Source: the human T2T-CHM13v2.0 reference genome, Homo sapiens
Length of the DNA: 64,000 bases
Strand: one strand, 5' to 3'
Assembly (NCBI RefSeq): GCF_009914755.1
Contig: NC_060929.1
Positions within the stretch are counted from its first letter, which is position 1, and every line of letters begins with the position of its first letter. This document shows, in pieces, positions 16,920-30,600 of this stretch. Position numbers and translations under genes: made by a program. The notes beneath the pieces are model-generated. The model made no database searches. It saw only the letters and a list, made by a program, of their open reading frames with translations, and had not been told where the DNA came from.

Positions 16920-18217
16920 ATGATGATGATGATGATGGTGATGATGGTAGTGATGGTGATGATGGTGATAATTAAGGTGGTGATGGCAATGATGATGGTG
17001 GTGATGATGGTGGTGATGGTGATGATGGTGGTGATGGTATGATGGTGATGATGGTGGTGATGGTGATGATGGTGGTGATGGTATGATGGTGATGATGGTG
17101 GTGATGGTGGTGATGGTGATGATGGTGATGATGGTGGTGATGGTGATGATGGTGGTTATGGTGATGATGGTGGTGATGGTGATGATGGTGGTGATGATGC
17201 TGGTGATGGTGATGATGGTGGTGACGGTGGTGATGGTGATGATGGCAATGATGGTGATGATGGCGATGATGGTGGTGATGGTGGTGATGATGGTGATGGT
17301 GATGGTGGTGATGGTGATGATGATGATGGTGATGATGGTGGTGACGGTGATGGTGACGGTGATGATGGTGGTGACGGTGATGATGGTAGTTATGGTGATG
17401 ATGGTGGCGATGGTGATGATGGTGGCGATGGTGGCGATGGTGATGGTGGTGATGGTGGTGGTGGTGATGGTGGTGGTGGTGATGATGGTGGTGGTGGTGG
17501 TGATGGTGGTGATGGTGGTGATGGTGCTGATGGTGGTGATGGTGGTGATGGTGGTGATGGTGATGACGGTGGTGGTGATGACAGTGGTGATGGTGATGAT
17601 TATGGTGATGATGGTGGTGATAGTGATGATGGTGATGATTATGGTGGTGATGGTGATGATGACGGTGATGATGGTGGTAATGGTGGTGATGGTGATGATG
17701 GTGATCATGGTGATGGTGATGATAGTGATGGTGGTGATGGTGATGATGGTGGTGATGGTGATGACGGTGGTGATGGTGATGATAGTGATGATGGTGATGA
17801 TGATTATGGTGATGGTGGTGATGATGGTGATGATGGTGGTAGTGATGATGGTGATGATTATGGTGGTGATGGTGATGATGATGGTGATGATGGTGATGAT
17901 GGTGGTGATGGTGGTGATGGTGATGATGGTGAAGATGATTATGGTGATGACGGTGGTGATGGTGATGGTGGTGTTGATGGTGATAGTGATGATGGTGATG
18001 ATGATTATGGTGGTGATGGTGATGATGATGGTGATGATGGTGGTGATGGTGGTGGTGACAGTGATGATGGTGGTAGTGATGATGGTGATGATGGTGATGG
18101 TGGTGGTGATGGTGGTGAAGGTTATGATGGTGATGGTGATGGTGATGATGGTAATGATGCTGATGGTGGTGATGATAGTGATGATAGTAATGATGGTGAT
18201 GATGGTGGTGATGATGG
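16920..18217. repeat. ~1.3-kb degenerate trinucleotide array (ATG/GTG)n
   Basis: Read directly. It generates the spurious poly-M/V (+) and poly-I/T/H (-) ORFs. Confidence 0.98.
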
Positions 18218-19489
18218 CCATGACAATGTTAGAATTGGCCTGCATAATGCGTGATTTATGTGGAAATGCTAAAAATCAAGAATAGCCAGGGCAACCTTGG
18301 AGAAGAACAAGGACTTATGAACTGAGTGTCACGATTTATTTAAACCTCTAGTTGTTGTGACCACTTGATATTGGTGAAGAAGACAGAGAAGACCAACAGA
18401 GACAAAGCAGAGGACCGGAAATGGACCACACTCATCACCTTATTACATTGCAGGCAGCTAGGCAACCCAGGGGTGGGAAGGACGGTCATTTTAATAAATA
18501 GTGCTAGATCAATTTGAAATCCATCTAAGACCAAATAAATAAATAAATAAATAAACCATTACCCCAAACCTCACAGCCTACCCAAAACCAATTCCAGTTG
18601 CATCACAGCCCTAAACCTGAGACTTTAAACTGTAAAACCTTTAGGAATCAACACATGGGAGTATTTTAAGAAATCTTTGCCTACTGTACAAAAGCACTAA
18701 CTATGAAAGTAAATATGCATGAATTTGACTTCAATAACATTGAGAATTTCTGTTCAGGCAAAGACACAGTTAATAGAGTGAATATGCAAGCCATGCACAG
18801 GGAAAGAGCATTTGCAATATCTCTCTCTGATCACTAGTATCCAGAATACATCACGTCCTCTTCCGTATATTTATTTATGCTTCGAACTCTTGTGGCCTCT
18901 AGCTCCCTCCTTTTCCTCCTCTGATTGGAGAGCTGGGCAGATAACTGATATGCTGGAGGCTCTGCTTGCTCCTTGCTCCACAGTGGGGATCAGCGGCCCA
19001 CCGAGCACACATGCTCTTCACCTGGTCTCAGGTGCAATGTCCCCTCCCCAGCAAGGCCTTCCTGTTTCAGTCCCTTACTGTGCTGTACCTTCTGTCTCCA
19101 ACATGTAATCACCTACAATTACTGAGATTGGGACTGTACTCTGGGATTTAAGCTCTATGAGGCTGAGGGAGGTTGAGGTACCCAACTGGTTTACTGCTGA
19201 AGCCCCAGTGCCCATGCCAGGGCTTGGCAGTAGAATCTATTGGATAAACAGGAATTGCATTTTAAATTAATTTTAATACTAAGGCATATTTTGGTGACCC
19301 AAGAGCTGGGGAAACTCTTGTCTCCTCATTGGACACCCTGGGCCTGAGCCCCGCAGGTTTATGGTCATGGCAGCTTTCAAGTCCTTGATTCAACCAAGGA
19401 TGCCACGCCTGACTGCCAAAGGGGGCCAAACAGTGTCTCACCGCTGACACCTGCCCATCAGCACAGCTGCCTTCCTCCAGGGCCCCTGC

Positions 19490-19700
19490 CTCAAGAAGGG
19501 AGGCTACTGTGGGATTTGGTGTCCAATTACTCTTCATTGTGAGGGTCCCTGTGCCACATAGGGGCTTCAGCAGCATCCCTGGCCTCCACCCACAAGACCA
19601 GTAGCCCCTGTTCTCCTGGTTGTGACACGCAAAGCTGTTTCCAGACATTGCTGAAGGTTCCTTGAGGGAAAAAAAAAATCACCCTTGGCTGCTAACTTCT
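19490..19700 (-). mobile_element. MER20 (hAT-Charlie DNA transposon relic)
   Basis: cagcagcatccctggcctccacccac...ttgtgaca...tccagacattgc matches the reverse of recalled MER20. Confidence 0.75.
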
Positions 19701-20971
19701 ACCCTCCGGGGACGAGATTTTGGGAAGTTGCCATCCAAAAATGGACTGTCTCTTGTAGTCACCCATACCAGTGCCATGCTGACAGAATAGGTTCTCCTCA
19801 GCTGGTTCTACCATTTTCACCCAATCATAGGTTCTCCAGTTGCTCTGTGGGGCTTGCAGTGGGAGCAGCGGGCAAGGGCTCCAATCATCTCCAAACCACA
19901 CCTTCGGTTCTGGGCCTTGTGAGTGCACCTTCACATTCTAGCATCCCAACCACCCCCACAAGGTGCATTTTTTTTTTAGGAAGATTATGATTCTAAAACC
20001 CATATGCCTATAATGATCACTTATTTTGGGCTACTGTATGCCAAGCACTTTACACACCACAGGACTGAATGGAATTTTACCCCTTGTAGACATAAGGAAG
20101 CAGAGGCTTCCATAAGCAAAATGCCTGGTGGAAGTCCCGCTGCAAGGGTCAAACCCACAGGACTGTACTGGAAACAGAGTTTTGTCTGCAACTCCGCCCT
20201 CTCTGCTTTTCTGAGAACTCACAGCACTCCTGCCACCCAAGCACCATCTCTCCACAACATCCCTATTCCAGGGCTGGCAGTAACAAAACATTGAACGGTC
20301 CTACACAGTGGCTACTCACCAACCAAAGGAACCCAAAGGGACATGTCTCAGTGTCTGAGCAGGGGCCTGGAGTTCCCTGCAGTCCCAATTGTCATCCTTT
20401 TAGTTGCTAGATGGGAGGAGGTCTCGGGGATCTCAGAAACCCTGTTGACTAAGTTGCAGCATCTGGGCGCTCACGACAACTTCTATTTACCAGTTGGTAC
20501 ACAGATGTTTCTGTATTTTAACCCCCCGTACAGCCAGCTAATCTCCACGGTGATCCCCGCCCCCTCAGGCATCCCACCCAGAAGACCAGCCATTGTCCAG
20601 CATGCCCCTGCCACTGCTGATGGCTTCAGGTGGATACCTGGCCCAGGCTGGGCTAATGCCCTCCCTCAACGATTTTATCTCCAGGCCTGGCTGGATACGT
20701 GACCAAAGCAGGACACTCAGATCCCTTCCCTTGGAGTCTGTAAAGTAGAAATGAGAGTGGTTCTGCTACAGGCTTCACAGATGGGAGACAGTCAGTATGA
20801 AGAACAAGGCAGTGACCAGGAGCAAAGCACACCTCCCAAAAGCAAAACTGCTATTTAAACAGCCAGAAATAATTGCTTGACTAATTACACTACACTAATT
20901 TTGGACTTAAAGATAGTACGATCAAGGTGGGTTTTTTTTCTATTTAATACTTCTTGTCACCATTTTAAATT

Positions 20972-21312
20972 TTTTATTATATATTTATTTATTTATTTAT
21001 TTATTTATTTTATTTATTTATTTTTGAGAGATGGAGTCTTGCTCTACCACCCAGGCTGGAGTTCAGTGATGTGTTCATAGCTCACTGCAGCCTCAAACTC
21101 CTGGGCCTAAGCAATCCTCCCGCTTCAGCTTCCTGAGTAGCTGACGCTAAGGGTGCTTTTTACCATGCTGGGCCACTGGGCTACTTTTCTTTGTAGAAAT
21201 GGACATCTCCCGATGCTTCCCAGGCTAGCCTCAAACTTCTGGCCTCAAGAGATCCTCTGGCCTTGGCCTCCCAAAGCATTGTAATTACAGGTGTGAGCCA
21301 CTGGGCTCAGCC
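20972..21312 (-). mobile_element. AluJ with (TTTA)n tail
   Basis: Diverged antisense Alu (catagctcactgcagcctcaaactcctggg). Confidence 0.9.
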
Positions 21313-21329
21313 ATAACCTATGATTAAAT

Positions 21330-21360
21330 CAGATAGATGGATAGATAGATAATGATGAAA

Positions 21361-21418
<58 letters not shown>

Positions 21419-21493
21419 GGTTTTTTGGTGTATGTATGTGTTGTGTGTGTGTTTGTGTATGTGTTTGTGTGTATGTGTGTGAGTGTGTGTGTA
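21330..21493. repeat. Compound microsatellite (GATA)n-(TG)n-(TA)n plus TG-rich tail
   Basis: Read directly. Confidence 0.95.
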
Positions 21494-21909
21494 TTTCAAA
21501 TCATTTCCAAGATCCTTAAAGGGAAAGACACTTGAAGATCATCTATTCTCGTTTCCTCCTTGTACAGATGATGAAACCAAGGATAATTAAGCTATTTACA
21601 TTTCTATCTTTCCATGAAAAGGCAGCTCTTAAGGACAGACATTCCAGTTCGCATGTGTTATGACAGCTCTGCACACGTGCATTGCAGAGAGCATGGGGGC
21701 GCCCCAGGTGATCCCGTCCAAGGTGGGCCCGTCTAGCTGCAGCCACGTAAACTGCAGCCTGAAAGGAAGAGCCACTCACGCCCACCTGTGAGGGACACTT
21801 TGCCATTCTGTTTTTTTCTATTGTGGATTTTTCAGTTTCATGGTAGAAGGCAACATACTCTGTCCTCTCAGAATATCTGTCTGTATCACAGCATCACAGA
21901 AAGTCCCTA

Positions 21910-22231
<322 letters not shown>

Positions 22232-23016
22232 AGAAAGTCGCCAGACAGAAACATTATTATGTCCAGCTGCCTTTGTGAGCCACAAAAAGGATGGCGATTG
22301 CATTGTGTACAAAGCCATTAGGGGCGGTGGCATTACCTAATGCAGGTAGGACTAAAATGTCACTGGATTCACTTCTGGAAAGTATCTGGAAAATAACGTG
22401 CTGGAGCAGAAATCATGGCCCACCCTCATGACCAAACTTTATCCTTCAGGGCCAGGCACTCCACAACACATGAGATGGATTCTGTACCACCACCTGTGCC
22501 CAGCTCTGGCCATCAGAACATAGGCTCTGCTCTGGAATAGCCATTCATACCGAGTCTTTCTCCACCAAAGACTAAATAAGTTCTAAGATTATTCCAGAGA
22601 TCTTTTCTCCCTGAGTCTTTTAAATCACTCCTGTGATTATGTTCTGATGTTACCGTAGCTATTACTTAGCTGAGAGATAAAAAGTTATTAAAGGGACATA
22701 GTAATTGGCATTGATTATTTAAAGGGTATGAATGGAAAGGAGAAATGAACTTATTCTACCACAGATAGGGCCAGCGGATGTCTTATCCTCTTGTACCTGT
22801 GCCAGCGAAGGGTGAAAATTGTAGAAAGACATATTTAGCTCAATAAAAGAAAGACATGTCTGATAGCTTGATAATTCAGCTAAAACAGAATAAACTACTT
22901 GCATGGAGGCAGGAACATCATTCCTGGAAGTTTCCAACAGAAGCTGGGTGACCATTTGTCAGAAGCATGACGTCGGGGGCTCGTGAGGGGATGGAGTATT
23001 AGACCGGGTGATCCTT

Positions 23017-23350
23017 GTGGTGGACATGGGGGTTCTCCACCTGGATCCCCACCTCAGGGCTGAGGCAGCATCTCCCAGATGTTGACAATATTGTCTGCTA
23101 AAAGCTCAGAGAATTGACTTGCCTAAGTTCACAACCCTTCTCAGGGGATAGCAACTGGCTTGATGACAACCTCCAGTCAAGCCGGAGGATCATCCAAGCT
23201 CCAGAATCGCTGAGGCCTCAGCTGCAGCTGCATTGAACTCCAGCTTCTTCTGCTCAACCCTGCCTCCCCACAAAGACACCTCCCCAGCTCTTGTCTGCAA
23301 ACCACTGCATGCCCCACTCCAAGGAGCTCAGGCTAAGGCAGTCCCTCAGG
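23017..23350 (+). mobile_element. Old ERVL-type LTR (LTR16-like)
   Basis: Resemblance to recalled LTR16 motifs (gctgaggcct...cagctgcatt...caaccctgcctcccc...aaaccactgcatgc). Confidence 0.35.
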
Positions 23351-25466
23351 CTCCTTTGAGTGTTTATAATTCTACCATTTCTTCTCTTTCCAGACAGAGA
23401 ACACTTACAGATATGCCACAGCTTAATTCGCATGCCTTCGCTATCTCGAGTATAGCCAGCCAGAGTGTGGTGAGAACCACTGCCAGCCTCCTCTCCCTTC
23501 GGCACTCGCGGTGTGTCCATCTGTGTTCTCAGCACTCTACCGGTGAGGCAGGGAGACTCCTGGAAATTATGTTCACAGGAGAGACTTCCAGGAGCCAATG
23601 TGGATCACAATGCTGAGGACATCCAGACACACTGTGCAGGGGACGAAGAATGCAGAGATCCCAACGCCGTCCCTCAATAGCTATGCATTAGCCCTCAAGG
23701 TCAGGCTCCCAGAAACCCAGGTCCCCACCTGCACATCCCTACCCCGGCTCACCCTCTACACATCACCTGTGCCCAGGAAGCGGTGAGCTGGTGAAGGAAT
23801 AAATGAGTACAGGAATGAAGGAGCTTTTGCGTCCCATGGCCATTCCCTCCAAATACATTCAGCAAACTTTGCTCGGCACCCTGTGGGTCTCACGCTCTTT
23901 AGCCATATCCAGGCTGCCCACAATATTGGCTGAAAATGAATCATCTTGGGCCTAAGCAGGCTGTGTGAGGCTAGCGTTAATCATCTTCCCTCAGCTTGGT
24001 TTCCCGGAGCTGGGGCAGACCCTCACCCGGGCACTGTCTCAGGCAAATGGCTTCCAATTGTTTCTTACTTGCCATATAATGTCCTATTCTGGCATCACAG
24101 GCATGTCATAAAAATGCAGGACGCCAAACTGGAAGGAACTTTAGAAGTTTTCCAGCGTGTTCCCCTCAGACCCACAGCCTCCCGAGCCTCAGCCATCACC
24201 ATGTAAATGCTAATGAATGACAAGCGCCACAGAGGACTTTCATCTTACCATTTGAAGAGGAAGTTGGCTCTGGACATGGGTCAGTTGGGCCATTTAGTTA
24301 AAATTTGGTGCTAATGAGAGCAAGATAGAGACTCAGGCCCCTTATGGCCAATTAACTCTGTGCAAAGAGAAAAACTCAGTTCTGTGGTCAAAAGCTACCC
24401 TCTTCAACACAGTTAGCTATTCCAGAAATATGTGATGTTGACCCCAAAGGGGAATGGAGTGTAAGGGGAGAGGCAGTTCAGCGATGATGTCCTCACAGCC
24501 TGGAGAGGCAGCTGACAGCACGTGAGTGATTGTCTGCAGGTTAGGAGATGTCTCACTGTTTAGGAATGACAGAAATAAATCTTTTGAGCTGCAGACAAAC
24601 ATTTTGTTTAGTTAGGTCCAGGTATCTCATTGAGGAGCGGCTTTGGAGATCATGTTTCTAAACCTTTGTCTTTGTGGAGTCATTGATTTCACTTCTTTGT
24701 TAGTTACCCACAAGGTAAACACACTTTTGAATGCAATTTTACTTTTGTTTTTCACTGATCATTTAACAGAATTATAAACCCTTAGGTTTAGAAATATCCA
24801 TACAGCTCACTCTTTTTAGGTAACCAATCCGCGCTTACTGTGCCTGGTGACAAGCCATTGCCCAAGCTGTCTCTCACCACCTCTGGAAAAAGCAAAGTAG
24901 GGGGTCTCCTAAAGAGAGCGCTCTATCTGGGGGCACTCTGATAACCAGAAAGCTCTGGTTTATGCTCAGGCATAAACTAGACACATCACGAGGCGGATTT
25001 CTGTTTGTTCCCTTTTCCTAGAACAAGGATGGTTTCTGCCTTGCTTTGACACAACTAATGGAGGCCACTGAAATAATCTTTCCCACTAGGAAGGCTGTCA
25101 CAAGGTGAGTGCTTGATGGTACCTGCACCCAGACAGAAAGAGGCGCCATGCCATTAGACACCTCCTAAATGCATATAATGGCCTGAGTCTCCTTCCCTCC
25201 CAGACTCTCCTTTTTTTTTTTTTTTTTTTTTTGAAGGCAGTGAACAATTATTTTCATCTTTCACTCTCAATTCCTGGCAAAATATTTAGCATTCAAGAAA
25301 TATTTTTGGATGAGTTAACCAGTAGGTGATCATCTCACTTTCTCTGCCTAAGCATATAAAATCACACCAGATAAAAAAGCCACGCTGACAGGCCCCTGTC
25401 TGCTGTCCTCACCCAGTGAGGCCTCTGCAACGCCGCCCCTAACACTCACACTAGCACAGTGGACAT

Positions 25467-25680
25467 CACCCACTAACACACGCTCCCGCTAGCACGGCAG
25501 GCGTCACCCACTAACACACGCTCCCGCTAGCACGGCGGGCGTCACCCACTAACACACGCTCCCGCTAGCACGGCGGGCGTCACCCACTAACACACGCTCC
25601 CGCTAGCACGGTGGGCGTCACCCACTAACACACGCTCCCGCTAGCACGGTCACGGTGGGCGTCACCCACTAACACACACG
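25467..25680. repeat. 38-bp CpG-rich minisatellite (VNTR), about 5.5 copies
   Basis: CACCCACTAACACACGCTCCCGCTAGCACGGYRGGCGT at 25467, 25505, 25543, 25581, 25619 (with a 6-bp internal duplication), and a partial copy at 25663. Confidence 0.97.
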
Positions 25681-26818
25681 GCAGCCCTGGACTCTTCTTT
25701 CCTGGATGTCCGAGGGAATTCCCCAGAGGGATCAATAGTTCCTCAGAGAAAGAGGCAACATTCATCTTCCTTGTATGTAAGCACAATATCCCCCCTGTAA
25801 GAACCACAGTGCGTTCATCCTGTCTGTAATACCTTAGGACGTGATGGTATCCAAGTCCCTCTGGAATGAGCTTCAGTTCTAAGGTTTTGAAGGGAAATAA
25901 GAAGCAAAGGATCTTGGGCCAAGTATTTATCTTTTATGAAATGAGGTGAAATGAGCCAAACCATTGTGGAATTAACTAGGAATGAAATTTAGTTTTATAA
26001 TACAATTACTCAAGTTGCAGATAATAATAATTGTGAAGAATTAATCTAAGGATTTGCCCTTTCCTTGGAGTTGTAGCTGAATGTGGGTGAAAGAAGCTCT
26101 TCAGCTCCTGGAAGGATGTCATCTCATTCTGCTCCATTCACTCTTTCTCAAAGTGGATTAGCAATACAAGTACACAGTGGATTGATCTCTTGTCACAAGC
26201 CAAAAGATTTAGACTTTGTGTGCAGTAAATATTTATTGAATGAACACATAATTTTAAAAGCTACATGAAATATCACCTCAAAAACCTCTTGTTTCATATC
26301 TGTGATTCAAAATACAGCATTTGACATTTTTCTAAAGATATTTAAATCATAGCTATTTCTAAAGAATAAAATCTGCCAGCTTTTTTGCTATTTCTGAAAA
26401 TAGACATTAGTCTACTTCTCAGCACTCAGGTATAGGGTACATTCAATGATCGCAGCTGAGTCACAAATGTGGATGCTTAAAATGATTTTCTCTGAGCTCT
26501 CACCAAATATTCAACACGTAAAAGCTTGCATTATCATTATCTTTTTGAGTCCGGGTCCCAGGAGCCCCTCACTAAACAAGAGCTTGTTGATTAACCTTGA
26601 ATCCAGTACATGCTGCCCACTGACATAACCCCACCTCACTCTCTCCCTCAGTCCCCTTCTCCAGAGATCATCTTGAATGGGAAGAGAAGAGAGGTGACCT
26701 TTGCTATGGATGCATGCACCACAAGTGTGAGGCCCCACGGTTGCCACCAGGAATAGCTATCTACCCAGGACCTGATGAAGCGCTGTCCAGACAGCTCTGT
26801 AATCCTATACCAGCACAC

Positions 26819-26911
26819 CAATATGTGTGCTAAACTGATCAATAATAAGATTGATACATCTTCTACTTGGGTAAGTTAATCTTCTTATTGATCAGCGTAG
26901 CAAACATATTG
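26819..26911. other. Imperfect inverted repeat / pre-miRNA-like hairpin
   Basis: 36-bp arms at 26819-26854 and 26876-26911, 31/36 Watson-Crick complementary with no gaps, 21-nt spacer. Confidence 0.8.
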
Positions 26912-26989
26912 CTTTTCTTCGGCAGTCTTCCTCTCTAGCTCTTCTCCCCCACCTCAACGCCCTGGTTGTCTGGTGCTATCAAGAAGAGA

Positions 26990-27300
26990 AATAGAACAAC
27001 ATTTTCTACATTAAATGCTTCCATTACATCAGGATCATCTTAACCAGCTGCAAATATCTCTTAGAGGAGAGGATTTATAACTGGCAGGTGCCCAGCTCAT
27101 TTTTCTGTGTGTGTTAGAATCTTGATAATGACCTGGGCTTCTCCCCGCTCACATTTAGCATGTAGATTTTAAATTAATAATGGTTATCCATTGAAGGCAA
27201 CGCTTGCCTTTCCCATTACAGCACCTACAGCAAAGATCTGAAAAATTAAGACTGCAAACAAAGCCAGCACAAGGCACACACTCAGTCTATTCCTGTTGTA
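26990..27300. promoter_or_regulatory. Possible enhancer-like unique block
   Basis: Clustered CCATTA, TTTATAA, GATAAT and AATTAATAAT motifs and E-boxes (CAGCTG, CAGGTG). Composition only. Confidence 0.25.
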
Positions 27301-30300
27301 TTCTTTTTCCTATTCAAGACAGAGTAAAAGTGGGAGACATGGGAAGCAATTTCAGAGGATAGAAAGGAGCTAGCCCCAGGCAGGGAGAATGACGCAGAGA
27401 AGAACTTAACAGGAATGCTTATTCCAGAAAGATAATCCAATTCAGGGGCCCGATTTCTCCTCCAACGTCCACACTCACAGAAGGAGACTCTGGGTCAGAC
27501 GCTTCACCTCCAGTTCTGTGGCAACTCCCTCTGTGACTTGGCAATTACTGTCGCCCATACCCAGAGGCTACAGAAAAGCTGAGTTTCCTAACACCCAGAG
27601 CATTGTTGTCAGATGCGGAAGGGCAATCCAGTGCTGGAGTGCTGTCCAGACATGCAGGGCCCCTGCCAGCCCCTGGCAGGATGGGAGGAGACTTGAGAGG
27701 GGATGTGTAATGGCGCCTTCTAGAAGAGAGGCCTTAGCAGCTCTGAAAGCCACACGGTTTAACGTGGAGCCAGGATGTGGTGTCTCCACCAGAGCATCCT
27801 GCGGGAGGGCATGCGGGCTTAGAGCACAGCAGGAACAGTGCTGGGGCACCTTGGAGCAGCCCCCAGCCACAGCCAGCCAGCCGGGAGGAGGGAGGGTTGC
27901 CAGCTGGGCGAGTCTGTGGGTGAGTGAGAGCACAGGCTGCTGTGGAGGGAGAAACATAATTTCTGACCCATGGACCACGTACTGGGGCAGACTATTGTGC
28001 ACCATGTGTAAGGAAGACTATTCTTTAAAGGGAATTGGGCCTCCTGAACAGGTGGGTTCTGGAAGGCAGCAGCTGGCTCAGGTGTGTGGAGACTCCCAGT
28101 GTCAGGAGGTGTGCTGGGGACAGCCGAAGATTGAGATCTTCAGGAACTGCTTCCGAGCACCAACACGCAGGTTCTCTTTCCTGACTGCCAGCAACTTTGC
28201 CATGTCCAGGAAACATCAGTCCTGGAGCACTGGTCGGGGCCCTGCCTGTGCCCGTTTCAGACTTTGTCCGTCTGGAGGCCTGCGACACAAGGAAGGCTGT
28301 CAAGCTCCCCTTCGTCCTCCCCAGCAAGCCCTCCGAGGGGCCTTCCACATGCCACAAAGGAGCCAGCTCAAATGAGAATGCGATGGGTTTAAACCCTTTG
28401 GAAAAATGCTTAATTGGCAAATGAGAGTCAAGTGCAGCCTTCCCTCTGCCACCTGGACGTCTCCCTGGGCTGGGTTATGCCCGTCATTGAGCTGGTTTTG
28501 CTCTGCCAGGGTCCCACGAGAATGCATGCAGCATTTTGATGGTGGGATGCTGTGTCTTTTGGATCACTCCCCTGACCTCCACACTACATAGGATGGGGTC
28601 ATACGTGTTTGCTGAATGATGTTTGAATAAAGACAAGTCAGAGGCTCGGCCCAGGAAAGCCCATCCTTTTCTAGAATCTCCTGGTGGACAACTTTGAGTT
28701 CAGCTTGCTTGATTTGCTTTTCTAACACTGAACTTTGATAGCTCTGTGCCTACTTTAGGGGAGGCTATTATGGCTCAGGGCTGACTTTCATACTTGATAC
28801 AAGCACATGTTGCTGAATTTAATCATCACTAAAGTGTCCATGTGGGAGGAGGGGGGTCACCTTCCCCCACGCTGCAGGGACAAAGAAACTGAAGTGCACA
28901 GTCTTGCTGGAGACTCCAAGATATTTGGTGGGCAAACTGGAGGTGAGCTTGGTTCCCTGCGCTTTGCCAGGTGTGAGAGACTGAAGAATACTCAGAGTTT
29001 TCCTTGAGATTAGAACTCTGGGCAGCCCCTCTGGGGTCAGCATCTTAGAACATCGTGAACATAATCAGCAAGTCCATATAGGGAAAGGCTCTGGAAGGGC
29101 ACAGCTGTGCCTTCTCCATGGCTCCATCTCGGGTGGGTGAGAGTCTATTCTGCGGCTTATAGGCAAGAAAGGAATCTTGGTGACAAACCCTCCCTATGCC
29201 AAGGGCCATGTAATTAATGTTCTAAAGCAAAGGAAGTGAAATCAAGGGCCTTTGATGAAGCGGAGAAATGCTCACTAGGCTCCGGGTTGCTCTACTTTCT
29301 AAGTGATAAATACAGTCTCCTTCAAGTGGGAAAAATGCTTCACAATATCCATTAGGATGGAGGCCAACAGCCATGGTTTAAGGACGAGCTTCTGAGAGCT
29401 GCCACTCACGGATGGAAAGGTTTGGCCAATTCATGGCATGCGTCCAGGACCAGCAGTGCCAGCTTTAAAAACTCAAAACTTTCACTTTATGTCAAAATTC
29501 CCTTGCACCTTACTCAGCCTGTATGTACAACAATCTTTTCCTTACCCCAGAATCTGAACAAGAACAGCTCTGAGAACAAGTTTTCTGCCACCTGTATAGG
29601 ATTAGAAGAAAGGTAGACATCAACAAGCAGGAAGACTGAAGGCACCACAGGTGCCTGTGTGGGTCCAGCAATGCCCTGTGACCCTGGGCATCACCAGCTG
29701 TGTGCAGGGAACCACAAGTGCCCTTCCGGGGAGCTGGGCACAGTCCTTTCTGCCTGGCACTAACAACCCGGCCAGGCTTCTGTTTTCAGGGGAACGAGGC
29801 TGAGCCAAGTGGAGAGAATGAGTTATTTAAAACCGGTTCTGCCCATAGATCCCTGATTTCTTACAACTATTTTTGATTGACAGGCAAGTCCCTGTGTCCT
29901 TTTTATTTCTGTGAGTTAACTGAGGTTTTTACACTTTTTGCTAAAAAGGAAAAAAATTCCTTTTCTTGGCACTCAGGGAAATCTTTCTGCAAAACATTTG
30001 CAACCAAGAGCTGGGGCACTGGGCCTTTTTCCTTGTCTTCTGTGGAATACCAATACTTTATTCTGAATCTGAGATATTCCTGATGGACCAAAAGTGAAAA
30101 AAAAAATTTAAATGAAGGAAAAAAAGCCCTCCCTCTTCTGTCAAGAGCAAAAGAATTCTCAATCTTTCTAGGACGAATGTTGGATGTGATCCTCTTATTT
30201 CACCTTTGGATAAATTCTCACTTCAAGCAAAACTCTTTTCCTTTGAAACTGCTGTTATGCAGACACATACCAAAATCACTCAAAAAGAATGTTTTGCCTC

Positions 30301-30433
30301 AGAATAATGTGATGTATTTAATGTATTCTGACAGTCATCAACATGCTGGACTCTAAATGCCTTTCATTTCTACGTGTTCTTCTTTCTCTATGTTGGCATT
30401 GGACATCTGTCCTTAATTAGTACCTGCTCTTGG

Positions 30434-30600
30434 ATGGTTTTCTCAGCCAGGAATGATTTTGCCACACACAGTCACCCACAGGGACATCTCGCAAAGTCTG
30501 GAGACATTTTGGGTGGTCACCCTTGGGAGAGGGAGATGCTACTGGCATCCAGTGGTTGAGTGTAGGGATCCCATCATGCACAGGCCTGCTCCCAATCATC
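30434..30600 (+). mobile_element. MER20 relic
   Basis: gattttgcc...cagggacat...gtctggagacatttt...tgctactggcatccagtgg matches recalled MER20. Confidence 0.75.

Noticed and set aside
16914-18285. 443-aa and 400-aa overlapping ORFs
   Set aside because: By-products of the (ATG/GTG)n array, which lacks stops in those frames. No domain or gene structure.
25467-25680. CRISPR-like regular repeats
   Set aside because: The units are head-to-tail with no unique spacers, there are no cas genes, and the context is primate DNA. It is a minisatellite.
27518-28375. 285-aa ORF
   Set aside because: Non-ATG start, GC-rich sequence partly resembling an old MaLR LTR, and no recognisable protein motif.
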